DNA of 64,000 bases from Rhodoglobus sp. GTDB taxonomy: Bacteria > Actinomycetota > Actinomycetes > Actinomycetales > Microbacteriaceae. A model generated the notes under the pieces. It saw nothing but the letters and a program-made list of their open reading frames with translations. It was not told the DNA's origin and did no database searches. Position numbers and translations under genes: made by a program. Shown in pieces: positions 49,504-60,398 of this stretch. Every line of letters starts with the position of its first letter. The stretch's first letter is position 1. The stretch is taken from the NCBI GenBank assembly GCA_044340535.1, contig JBIITJ010000001.1, positions 58,188 through 122,187 on the forward strand, in the 5' to 3' direction.

Positions 49504-50240
49504 TGGCCACCCCCTCAGGCCGGCTCGGAGTCGGCATCATTGGCGCGGGCAGGGTCGGGCCCGTGCTCGGCGCGGCACTCGCGGGGGCCGGCCACGCGAT
49601 CGTGGGAATCGCCGCCGTTTCCGAGAACAACCGCGATCGTGCGCGGGCGATGCTGCCGGATGTCCCGATCCTCGAGATCCCCGAACTGGTGGAGCGCAGC
49701 GAACTGGTGATCCTCGCGATCCCCGAAGCCGAGATCGCCTCCCTCGTGGCGGGGCTCGCCGCCACGGGTGCGTGGCAGCCCGGCCAACTGCTGCTGCACA
49801 CCGCACCGGGGGTCGGATACTCCGTGCTCGCGCCGGCCTCAGCCGCCGGGGTCATCCCTCTCGCCCTCCATCCCGCGATGGTCTTCACGGGCACGTCGCT
49901 TGACCTCGTGCGGTTGCGGGAGAGTTACTGCGCCGTTGCGGCACCCGCGCCCGTGCTGCCGATCGCGCAGGCTCTCGTCGTGGAGATGGGTGCCGAGCCG
50001 ATCGTCATCGCCGAGGGCGACCGGGCTGCCTATGCCGAGGCGGTGGCGACCGCGACCAGCTTCTCGGCATCCATTGTCGGCCAGGCCGTCGACCTGCTCG
50101 CAGGGCTCGGTATCGAGTCTCCCGGGGCGGTCATCGCGCCGCTCGTCCGCTCGGCCGTGGAGACGGCGCTCGCCGGTGCGAGTGCGACTACGATCGACCT
50201 GTCCTCCCTGGAGGTCGACGACCCGAAGGACACGCTGTGA
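49503..50240 (+). CDS. Rossmann-fold NAD(P)-binding protein (DUF2520-type), ahead of panC
   Basis: The ATG 49503 protein starts with GVGIIGAGRVG. This is the conserved position upstream of panC in actinobacteria. Confidence 0.6.
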   Translation: MATPSGRLGVGIIGAGRVGPVLGAALAGAGHAIVGIAAVSENNRDRARAMLPDVPILEIPELVERSELVILAIPEAEIASLVAGLAATGAWQPGQLLLHTAPGVGYSVLAPASAAGVIPLALHPAMVFTGTSLDLVRLRESYCAVAAPAPVLPIAQALVVEMGAEPIVIAEGDRAAYAEAVATATSFSASIVGQAVDLLAGLGIESPGAVIAPLVRSAVETALAGASATTIDLSSLEVDDPKDTL

Positions 50241-51100
50241 CCGCACCATCCCGCCCCGTAGTGATCGAGACCGTCCGGGGAATGCGTGAGGCGATCGCCG
50301 CCGAGCGTGCCGCCGGCCGCACCATCGCCCTGACCCCCACGCTCGGGGCGCTGCACGCGGGCCACATTGCCCACGTCGACCACGCGGCCACTATTGCCGA
50401 CGTGCGGGTGGTGTCGATCTTCGTCAATCCCACCCAGTTCGGCGCGAACGAAGACCTCGACAAGTACCCGCGCACCCTCGACGCTGACCTCGAGCTTCTC
50501 GCGGCCCACGAGGTCGACTATGTGTTCACGCCGAGCGTCGAGGAAATGTACCCGGGCGGTCCCACCGAGACGAAGGTCACGGCAGGCAAGGTCGGGTCAC
50601 TGTTCGAGGGCGCATCCCGCCCCGGGCACTTCGACGGCGTGCTGACGGTGGTCGCCAAGCTGCTGAACATCGTCACCCCCGACATCGTCACCTTCGGCCG
50701 GAAGGATGCCCAGCAGCTGTTCCTCGTCACCCGCATGGTCGCCGACCTCAACCTGCCGGTGCGGGTGGAGCCGATCGACACGGTGCGCGAAGACGACGGG
50801 CTCGCCCTCTCCAGCCGCAACCGCTACCTCGATGCGAAGGAACGCCGCGCCGCCCGCACCCTGTCGATCGCGCTTGAGGCGGCCGCATCCTCGGGTGACC
50901 GCGGCATCGACGCGACCCTTGCGGCCGCGCAGGGGGCACTCATGGGCGAGTCACTTGTCGTGCTGGATTACCTCAAGGTCGTGCATCCCCGCACCTTCAT
51001 GCCCGTCGACGATGACTACCGCGGGCCGGCGCTCGCGATCGTGGCCGCCCGGCTCGGCAGCACCCGTCTCATCGACAACGAGCCCCTCTACCTCGGCTGA
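50237..51100 (+). CDS. panC: Pantoate-beta-alanine ligase
   Basis: PTLGALHAGH (HxGH-type) and the FGRKDAQQ block. Confidence 0.9.
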   Translation: MTAPSRPVVIETVRGMREAIAAERAAGRTIALTPTLGALHAGHIAHVDHAATIADVRVVSIFVNPTQFGANEDLDKYPRTLDADLELLAAHEVDYVFTPSVEEMYPGGPTETKVTAGKVGSLFEGASRPGHFDGVLTVVAKLLNIVTPDIVTFGRKDAQQLFLVTRMVADLNLPVRVEPIDTVREDDGLALSSRNRYLDAKERRAARTLSIALEAAASSGDRGIDATLAAAQGALMGESLVVLDYLKVVHPRTFMPVDDDYRGPALAIVAARLGSTRLIDNEPLYLG

Positions 51101-51138
51101 CCCGGGTTCGCCCGCGGCCGTCTCGCCCGCCGATCCCC

Positions 51139-51236
51139 GCATCGGCTTAACCGATCTCAAGGAGTTTGCCCGGGCTGCGAGCGTATAGCGCGGCGAAATA
51201 GCGTCGGCTCGACCGGAACTCCTTGAGATCGGATGC
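51139..51236. repeat. Palindromic repeat element, copy 3 (variant arms), in the panC-lysS spacer
   Basis: Perfect 16-bp arms CCGATCTCAAGGAGTT (51151-51166) and AACTCCTTGAGATCGG (51217-51232). Shares GGAGTTTsCCsGGG on the left and CTCGnnCCGGAACTCC on the right with copies 1 and 2. Confidence 0.5.
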
Positions 51237-51277
51237 CAGCCAGGGGGCCGGGCCACCCCCGGTAGCATTGACGGGTT

Positions 51278-52792
51278 ATGAGCGACGACACTTCAGCCCA
51301 GCCCGAGCCGACCGACGAGCCCTCAGCAGAGGACATCTTCGAGCAGAAGGCCGTGCGGCTGGGCAAGCGCGAGAAGCTCATCGCCTCGGGCCGGGAGGCC
51401 TACCCGGTCGCGGTTCCCGTCACCACGACCATCCCGGCGCTGCGGGAGAAGTACGGGCACCTCGTCGCCGACGACACGACCGGCGATGTCGTGGGCATTG
51501 CGGGGCGCGTGGTGTTCCAGCGCAACACGGGCAAGCTGTGCTTCGCGACCCTGCAGTCGGGCGACGGTAGCCGCATCCAGGCCATGGTGAGCCTCGCTGC
51601 GGTCGGCGAAGAATCGCTCGACCAGTGGAAGGAGCTCGTCGACCTGGGCGACCACGTGTTCGTCTCGGGCGAGGTCATCTCGAGCCGCCGCGGCGAACTG
51701 AGCGTGATGGTGGACACGTGGCAGATCGCCTCGAAGGCCGTGCTGCCGCTGCCGAACATGTACTCAGAGCTCAGCGACGAGAGCCGCGTGCGCAGCCGCT
51801 TCCTCGATCTCATCGTGCGCGAGCAGGCCCGCACCACCGTCCGCGCGCGGGCCGCGGTGAACGCCTCCCTCCGCAGCACCTTCGCCGCCCAGGATTACCT
51901 CGAAGTCGAGACCCCGATGCTGCAAACGATGCACGGCGGGGCATCGGCTCGCCCCTTCGTCACCCACAGCAACGCTTTCGACACCGAGCTGTACCTGCGC
52001 ATCGCGCCCGAACTGTTCCTCAAGCGCGCCGTCGTGGGCGGCATCGACCGGGTGTTCGAGATCAACCGCAACTTCCGCAACGAGGGCGCCGACTCCACGC
52101 ACTCACCCGAGTTCGCAATGCTCGAAGCGTATGAGGCCTACGGCGACTACAACCGGATGGCCGACCTCACGCAACAGCTGGTGCAGAACGCGGCGATCGC
52201 CGTGGCAGGCCAGCTCCTCGTCACCTGGGCCGACGGCACGGAGTACGACCTCGGGGGGCAGTGGGATCGCATCTCGATGTACGAGTCGCTGCGCGCCGCA
52301 TCCGGTCTCGACATCACGACCGACACCGACATTGCCTACCTGCGCGAGCACGCCGAGAAGATCGGCGTCGAGGTCGACCACCCCACCCATGGCAAATACG
52401 TCGAGGAGCTGTGGGAGCACTACATCAAGGTCGACCTGGTGCGGCCGACGTTCGTGATGGATTTTCCCGTCGACACCAGCCCCCTCGTGCGCGACCACCG
52501 GAGCATCCCGGGCGTCGTGGAGAAGTGGGACCTGTACATCCGCGGGTTCGAGCTGGCCACCGGCTATTCGGAACTCGTCGACCCGGTCATCCAGCGCGAA
52601 CGGTTCGTGGAGCAGGCGCTGCTGGCGAGCAAGGGTGACGCTGAGGCGATGCGCCTCGACGAGGAGTTCCTGCGGGCGCTCGAGCACGGCATGCCCCCGA
52701 CCGGCGGCATCGGCTTGGGCATCGACCGGTTGCTCATGGCGATTACGGGTCTCGGCATTCGGGAGACGATCCTCTTCCCGCTGGTGAAGTAG
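51278..52792 (+). CDS. lysS: Lysine-tRNA ligase (class II)
   Basis: 504 aa with an OB-fold N-domain and class II motifs (FRNEGADSTHSPEF, GIGLGIDRL). Confidence 0.95.
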   Translation: MSDDTSAQPEPTDEPSAEDIFEQKAVRLGKREKLIASGREAYPVAVPVTTTIPALREKYGHLVADDTTGDVVGIAGRVVFQRNTGKLCFATLQSGDGSRIQAMVSLAAVGEESLDQWKELVDLGDHVFVSGEVISSRRGELSVMVDTWQIASKAVLPLPNMYSELSDESRVRSRFLDLIVREQARTTVRARAAVNASLRSTFAAQDYLEVETPMLQTMHGGASARPFVTHSNAFDTELYLRIAPELFLKRAVVGGIDRVFEINRNFRNEGADSTHSPEFAMLEAYEAYGDYNRMADLTQQLVQNAAIAVAGQLLVTWADGTEYDLGGQWDRISMYESLRAASGLDITTDTDIAYLREHAEKIGVEVDHPTHGKYVEELWEHYIKVDLVRPTFVMDFPVDTSPLVRDHRSIPGVVEKWDLYIRGFELATGYSELVDPVIQRERFVEQALLASKGDAEAMRLDEEFLRALEHGMPPTGGIGLGIDRLLMAITGLGIRETILFPLVK

Positions 52793-52801
52793 GCTCCGAA
52801 C

Positions 52802-52948
52802 ATGAGTGACCTGAAACTCCCCGGCGAGGACGAGAAGAAGAAGGGCGAGATCTCCTTCGGGCGCATCGCCATCTGGGTGATCGTCGGCGGGGTCGGCGCG
52901 TACCTGCTGCTGTCGGGAATCGTCGGGATCATCGTCAAAGGCCAGTAG
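52802..52948 (+). CDS. Small membrane protein (48 aa), not in the ORF track
   Basis: MSDLKLPGEDEKKKGEISFGRIAIWVIVGGVGAYLLLSGIVGIIVKGQ. High third-position GC. Confidence 0.45.
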   Translation: MSDLKLPGEDEKKKGEISFGRIAIWVIVGGVGAYLLLSGIVGIIVKGQ

Positions 52949-53046
52949 TGGACCGCAAGACTTCCCGCCTCATCACCGGCCTCGGGCTCGCTGGGATTCT
53001 CGTGATCGTCGCGGTCGCGTTCCTCATCAACAGTTACGCTGGGTGA
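52948..53046 (+). CDS. Small membrane protein (32 aa), not in the ORF track
   Basis: GTG shares its G with the upstream TAG. Encodes VDRKTSRLITGLGLAGILVIVAVAFLINSYAG. High third-position GC. Confidence 0.35.
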   Translation: MDRKTSRLITGLGLAGILVIVAVAFLINSYAG

Positions 53047-53268
53047 GTGCCTCAGGAATTCTGGTCGAACGCGATCTTCTCGCTGACGCCGACCGTCGTC
53101 GTTGGGCTCATCTTCTGGTTCGTGCTGCGGGCGATCATCCGCGCCGACCGCACCGAGCGTGAGGCTCGCGCGAAGATCGAGGCTGAGGAGCGCTCCAAGC
53201 TGGAGCAATCGCGCAGCGATTCCGCGACGCTTGTCGCCCGGGAGCCTGAGGTCAGCCGCGAGGTTTAA
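53047..53268 (+). CDS. Small membrane protein (73 aa) with a charged C-terminal helix
   Basis: GTG lies directly after the upstream TGA. One TM followed by RADRTEREARAKIEAEERSKLEQ. Confidence 0.5.
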   Translation: MPQEFWSNAIFSLTPTVVVGLIFWFVLRAIIRADRTEREARAKIEAEERSKLEQSRSDSATLVAREPEVSREV

Positions 53269-54217
53269 GCCGCACCGTCGGCAGCTCGGGTGCCGGCAGC
53301 GCCTCCCCGTCGTACCCCCGCACCAGGCCGAACCGCCCGTCGTCGCGCCCACCGGCGATGACGTCAGCCTGCCACTGCTGCCGGAACGCGACAATCTCGT
53401 CGTGGCTGCGACCAATGAAGTTCCACCACATCACGATCTGTTCTCCGAGCGGCACCCCGCCGATCAGCAGCAGCCGCGCGGCGGTGTTGCCCGTGGTCAG
53501 GGTCAGGATGCCCGAGCCCGGGGCCACATAGCCCAGGTGCGCCACGGCCACCGGGGTGCCGTCGACCGAGACATCCCCTTCGTCCACCAGCACGCCATGC
53601 TCGAACCGGGAGTCGACGGGCAATTCGATCGTGGTCAGCGGTGGAATGTCGAGCTGCGCACCGACCAGCTCACTGAACACCCGGGCCGTCGAGGTGGAGC
53701 CGACCAGCGACCCGATGAACACGTGAACCGTTGCGCCGTCGACGGTAACGGGGTTCGGCACGTAGGTCTCGAAGAAGGGATGCCCGTGCCGCGCGTCATC
53801 CGGAAGCGCGATCCACAGTTGCGCCCCGTGCAGCAGCTGGGGTTGGGGTGGCGACACCTCCGAATGGGCGATCCCGCTGCCGGCCGTCATGAGGTTCAAC
53901 TGGCCCGGGCGCACGGCTGCGTGGCTGCCGACGCTGTCGCGGTGGTCGATCTCGCCCGCGAACAACCAGCTCACGGTCTGCAGCCCTGTGTGCGGGTGTG
54001 GCGGCACGACCATCCGGGTCACCTCGGGGCCGTAGTGGTCGACGAAACACCACGCGCCGATAAGTGAGCGGGCCCGCTGCGGCAGGGTGCGCCTCACGGG
54101 CATCGCCCGCGGCCCGCCCAGCGGAACTTCGCGCGGCTCAAGGATCTCGAGCCCGCTCGTCACGACGCTCCCGCCCACCACCTCCGGGGGTTCCTTCTCG
54201 AGGTTGCTCACGGGCAA
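53252..54217 (-). CDS. Pirin family protein
   Basis: Bicupin with LGGPRAMPVRRTLPQRARSLIGAWCFVDHYGP and PHPHTGLQTVSW. Confidence 0.85.
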   Translation of the reverse strand: MPVSNLEKEPPEVVGGSVVTSGLEILEPREVPLGGPRAMPVRRTLPQRARSLIGAWCFVDHYGPEVTRMVVPPHPHTGLQTVSWLFAGEIDHRDSVGSHAAVRPGQLNLMTAGSGIAHSEVSPPQPQLLHGAQLWIALPDDARHGHPFFETYVPNPVTVDGATVHVFIGSLVGSTSTARVFSELVGAQLDIPPLTTIELPVDSRFEHGVLVDEGDVSVDGTPVAVAHLGYVAPGSGILTLTTGNTAARLLLIGGVPLGEQIVMWWNFIGRSHDEIVAFRQQWQADVIAGGRDDGRFGLVRGYDGEALPAPELPTVRLKPRG

Positions 54218-54296
54218 ATGCTAACCCCCGCACCGCGACTGTGCAGGAGTTGCTGGTGGAGGCGCGCAGGAATAGCAGATCCTGCACACTCGGTGG

Positions 54297-54527
54297 TCAT
54301 TGTTCTCCCGGAACCACCACGAGTAACTCCCCGACCTCGCAGTCGAGCGCCGCGCAGATCGCGGAGAGGGTCGAGAACCGGATGGCCCGCGCCCGGTCGT
54401 TCTTCAATACTGAGAGGTTCACCACGCTCACCCCCACCAGCTCGCTGAGCCGGGTCAGCGTCATGCCGCGCTCGGCCAACAGCTCGTCGAGCCGACAGTG
54501 GATGCCCGTGTCGTCGTCATCCCCCAT
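54297..54527 (-). CDS. XRE/YozG-type HTH transcriptional regulator (76 aa)
   Basis: IHCRLDELLAERGMTLTRLSELVGVSVVNLSVLKNDRARAIRFSTLSAICAALDCEVGELL. ATGA overlap with the upstream DUF2975 gene. Confidence 0.8.
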   Translation of the reverse strand: MGDDDDTGIHCRLDELLAERGMTLTRLSELVGVSVVNLSVLKNDRARAIRFSTLSAICAALDCEVGELLVVVPGEQ

Positions 54528-55174
54528 CAGACGAGGCCCTCGGTGTCCCGCTGTGCCCGCTCCCCGATGCGGAACGCCAGCGCGAGCGCGGCGACCGCGA
54601 GCCCGGCCATCAGGTAGCCACCGGGGAAGCTGAAGCTGCTGCCTCCGGAATACGGCTCGGGCGGCATCCCAGTGCCGAGCGCTTCTTCCTGGATCGCGGC
54701 CCGGAGGAATTCCGTGAGCAGGTCGGAGCCGGTGCCGAGGATGATGAGCGCGAGGGAGACCACGACGGCGGCGGTCGTCATGGAACGGGCAAACGGCTTG
54801 CCCCAGAACAGTCGCAGGCACAGGTAGATCACGGAGGAGATCAGCACCGAGTACAGCAGGAAGCCGACGACGTGCGAGGTGATGACGAGGGCCATGGTCG
54901 AGTCGCTGAGCCCCGAGACATTCACCGTGACTGTGCCGGGCGTGATCACTCCGTCAAGCCCGCCCATCGAGGTCACGGTGGCGGTGCCCGTGGTGGGGGC
55001 CGGAATGCTGGGCAGACCGCTGACGCTTAGCTGAAATGAGTAGACGTGGTCGACCAGCTTCTGTCGCAGCGAAGCCCAGGTGAAGGTGGCAAGGATCGCG
55101 AGGTACAGCAGCCCGAGGGCACTGATCGCGACGAGGATCACCCGCTCAATCACGTGCAAGGGTCTGACAGTCAT
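54527..55174 (-). CDS. DUF2975 family membrane protein
   Basis: 215 aa, 4 TMs, C-terminal FRIGERAQRDTEGLV. The canonical partner of YozG-type regulators. Confidence 0.65.
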   Translation of the reverse strand: MTVRPLHVIERVILVAISALGLLYLAILATFTWASLRQKLVDHVYSFQLSVSGLPSIPAPTTGTATVTSMGGLDGVITPGTVTVNVSGLSDSTMALVITSHVVGFLLYSVLISSVIYLCLRLFWGKPFARSMTTAAVVVSLALIILGTGSDLLTEFLRAAIQEEALGTGMPPEPYSGGSSFSFPGGYLMAGLAVAALALAFRIGERAQRDTEGLV

Positions 55175-55184
55175 CCCACACTCC

Positions 55185-55210
55185 TTATCGTTATTCGATG
55201 GTAACGATAA
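55185..55210. promoter_or_regulatory. Inverted repeat TTATCGTTA-n8-TAACGATAA upstream of the DUF2975/HTH operon
   Basis: Perfect 9-bp arms, 11 nt upstream of the DUF2975 start codon, in an AT-rich spacer shared with clpC. Confidence 0.4.
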
Positions 55211-55337
55211 ACGTTATGCTCCTCGCAAGCAACCCCCGGCGGCACGCGGTCACGCCGAGGGCGAACAGCGGACTATTCGGGGAGCTGGCTGGTTAGTCTC
55301 TCTATATCGGCACGGAATTCCGCCCCGTGCCTAAGGA

Positions 55338-57821
<2,484 letters not shown>

Positions 57822-57828
57822 TAGCCGC

Positions 57829-57869
57829 ATGCAGCGAGCCCGGACGAGAGTCCGGGCTCGCTGCATTTA
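57829..57869 (+). terminator. Intrinsic terminator of clpC
   Basis: Perfect 17-bp stem (57829-57845 / 57850-57866), GAGA loop, then TTT. Confidence 0.75.
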
Positions 57870-57880
57870 AGCTGGGCAGC

Positions 57881-58384
57881 GTGACATCCTTCTCCGTCCG
57901 CCGTGCCCGCACGGGTGACGTCCCCGCCATCCAGCGCCTCGTCGAACCGCTCGTGCAGGAGCGCATCCTGCTCGGCAAGGATCTCGTCGTGTTTTACGAG
58001 GCGGTGCAGGAGTTCCGCGTCGCCGAGACCGACGACGGTACCCTGATCGGCTGCGGCGCCCTGCACGTCATGTGGCAGGACCTCGCCGAGGTCCGCACCC
58101 TCGCTGTCGCCCGCGACTGGCTCGGCAAGGGCGTCGGCCACGCCATCCTGCAACAGATTGAGACGGATGCCCAGGCTCTCGGCCTCAGCAGGCTGTTCTG
58201 CCTGACCTTCGAGACGACGTTCTTCGGCAGGCACGGTTTCGAGCCGATCGGGGAGGACATCGTGGCCCCCGAGGTCTTCGCCCAACTCGCCCTCTCGCCC
58301 GACGAGGGTGTCGCCGAGTTCCTCGACCTGTCCCGGGTCAAGCCGAACACGCTCGGCAACACCCGCATGCTCAAGGTGCTGTAG
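57881..58384 (+). CDS. GNAT family N-acetyltransferase (short ArgA-like amino-acid acetyltransferase)
   Basis: 167 aa with acetyl-CoA-binding block RTLAVARDWLGKGVGHAIL. Confidence 0.7.
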   Translation: MTSFSVRRARTGDVPAIQRLVEPLVQERILLGKDLVVFYEAVQEFRVAETDDGTLIGCGALHVMWQDLAEVRTLAVARDWLGKGVGHAILQQIETDAQALGLSRLFCLTFETTFFGRHGFEPIGEDIVAPEVFAQLALSPDEGVAEFLDLSRVKPNTLGNTRMLKVL

Positions 58385-58440
58385 CCCGTTTCCACCGCGT
58401 GCCTCCCCGCCCGCGCGCGCCGCTCGCTTAGCCTGTCCTC

Positions 58441-59055
58441 ATGTCGACGTTCCGAACTCCGGTCGGTCCGCAGCCCAGCGGGGTTTACTGGCGCCGCCGC
58501 CTCATGGTCCTCCTCGGGCTGGCCGCCGTCATCGTCATCGTCATCCTCATCATCCAGCAGCCACGCGGCTCCGCCCCGACGGGCTCGACCACCCCACCGT
58601 CGCCGAGCGGTTCGCCCAGTTCGTCAGCGACGTCGAACAACCCCGCTGATGCGATCGCGTGCGACCTGAGCAAGGTCACGCTCGAGGCGTCGACCGATGC
58701 GGTGGGCTACGACCCAGGCGTTGAACCGGTGCTCTCCTTCGTGCTCACCAGCAGGGAGACATCCCCGTGCACGGTGCCCGGCGGCTCCGACATCCAGGAG
58801 TTCCGCATCACCAGCGGCGAAGAGCTCATCTGGAGCTCAAAAGACTGCCAGGTAGACCCGGTGGAGGGCACCGCCCTGCTGCAGCCGGGTGTGCCGTTCG
58901 CCGGCCCGACGCTGACCTGGGACCGCACCCGCTCCTCGACCGACACCTGCAACACCGAGCGACCCGAGGTCATCGCGAATGGCGCGAGCTACCACCTCGA
59001 AGTAATTGTCGGCGAGCTGAAGTCGGAGTCGACCCGGCAGTTCCTGCTGTACTGA
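58441..59055 (+). CDS. Membrane-anchored extracytoplasmic protein of unknown function
   Basis: N-terminal TM, Ser/Pro linker and a ~130-aa domain with 4 Cys. Confidence 0.5.
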   Translation: MSTFRTPVGPQPSGVYWRRRLMVLLGLAAVIVIVILIIQQPRGSAPTGSTTPPSPSGSPSSSATSNNPADAIACDLSKVTLEASTDAVGYDPGVEPVLSFVLTSRETSPCTVPGGSDIQEFRITSGEELIWSSKDCQVDPVEGTALLQPGVPFAGPTLTWDRTRSSTDTCNTERPEVIANGASYHLEVIVGELKSESTRQFLLY

Positions 59056-59438
59056 TGCCGCACGAACCGATCCGGTCCGAGCAGTTGGCTGCGGCGCTGG
59101 AGAAACAGGATGCCGTCGCCGTCGCGTTCGCGCTGCGCAACGACCGGGTTGTCGTGCCGGTCCTCCCCGTCGACGGGCCGCCCCAGGTGCGGGTGTTCCG
59201 GCGCGACGACGCCGACCGCTACATGCTCCTGCTGTTCTCCTCCGAAGAGGCCTACGCCCAGATGGCCCCGCACGAAACCGACCAGCGCGTGCTCGCCTAC
59301 GACGGTGAGACCCTGCGAGACTTCCTCAGCCAGAACATCGGCGTGCTCGAATCCGTCTGGTTCGATGTCGCGGGCCCGCATGCGATGCAGGCCGCGCCGC
59401 AGGACGTGCTCGACGCGCTCGAACTCGGAAACGACTGA
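59055..59438 (+). CDS. SseB-like protein
   Basis: 127 aa from ATG 59055 (TGATG overlap). VVVPVL...LLLFSSEEAY is typical of the SseB family. The call is from memory. Confidence 0.5.
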   Translation: MPHEPIRSEQLAAALEKQDAVAVAFALRNDRVVVPVLPVDGPPQVRVFRRDDADRYMLLLFSSEEAYAQMAPHETDQRVLAYDGETLRDFLSQNIGVLESVWFDVAGPHAMQAAPQDVLDALELGND

Positions 59439-60328
59439 TGCCCACCCACGTTCTCGCGATGCTCAATCGCCCGTCTCGGGATGCCCCCGCCCACGACCCC
59501 GACGGTGCGCCCTTCCGCTTCGCCGACCCTGCCAGCCCGCAGCTGAGCGCCCTCGACCTTGGTGCGACCCGGGGTGACGGCATCTTCGAAACCATCAGTG
59601 TCGGTTACGGGCGGCCGCAGAACCTCGAGCACCACCTGGACCGATTCCGCCGTTCGGCTGCGATGCTGGCGCTTCCCGAGCCCGATCTCGATGCTTGGCG
59701 CGCCGCCATTCTGGCAACCATCGCTGAGCTCGACCAGGCCGACGAGGCATTCGTCAAGACGGTGCTGACGCGAGGTGTCGAAGGCAGCGGCATACCGACC
59801 GGCTGGGCCTACGGCGCGCACTCCGCCGACTTCTCCCACGTGAGAGCCGAGGGCGTTCGGGTGGTACTGCTCGACCGCGGCTACCGGCACGATGTCGAGC
59901 GCACCTCGCCGTGGCTGCTCGCCGGCGCGAAGACCCTGAGCTATGCGGTCAACCGGGCGGTGGCCCGGGAGGCGGCGAACCGCGGCGCCGATGACGTGGT
60001 GTTCGTCTCGAGCGACGGCTTCCTGCTCGAGGGCCCGACCTCGACGCTCATCCTGCGCCGGGGTGACACGCTCATTACGCCAGGCACGGGCCTCGGCATC
60101 CTCGACGGCACGACGCAGGCCGCCGTCTTCCGGTTCGCGGAGGCACGCGGACTGTCCACCGCGTTCGAGCTGCTTGGGCCCGAGGCGCTGCGGGAGGCTG
60201 ATGCCGCGTGGCTGGTGTCGAGCGTGCGGTTAGCGGCCCCGATCAACGCTGTCGACGGGCATCCGCTGTCAATCGACCACGATTTCACAGCGGAACTGAA
60301 TGCCTATTTGCGGGCCCTAACGCACTAG
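59438..60328 (+). CDS. Class IV aminotransferase / aminodeoxychorismate lyase-like
   Basis: 296 aa, fold-type IV blocks (RGDGIFETI, GAKTLSY, LEGPTSTL). Confidence 0.7.
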   Translation: MPTHVLAMLNRPSRDAPAHDPDGAPFRFADPASPQLSALDLGATRGDGIFETISVGYGRPQNLEHHLDRFRRSAAMLALPEPDLDAWRAAILATIAELDQADEAFVKTVLTRGVEGSGIPTGWAYGAHSADFSHVRAEGVRVVLLDRGYRHDVERTSPWLLAGAKTLSYAVNRAVAREAANRGADDVVFVSSDGFLLEGPTSTLILRRGDTLITPGTGLGILDGTTQAAVFRFAEARGLSTAFELLGPEALREADAAWLVSSVRLAAPINAVDGHPLSIDHDFTAELNAYLRALTH

Positions 60329-60398
60329 AGGTAACGATGCGATGTCAAGCCATAGACGAAACCTTCTAGCCTCGGCCGGGGGCGGCTACGCTTGAGCG

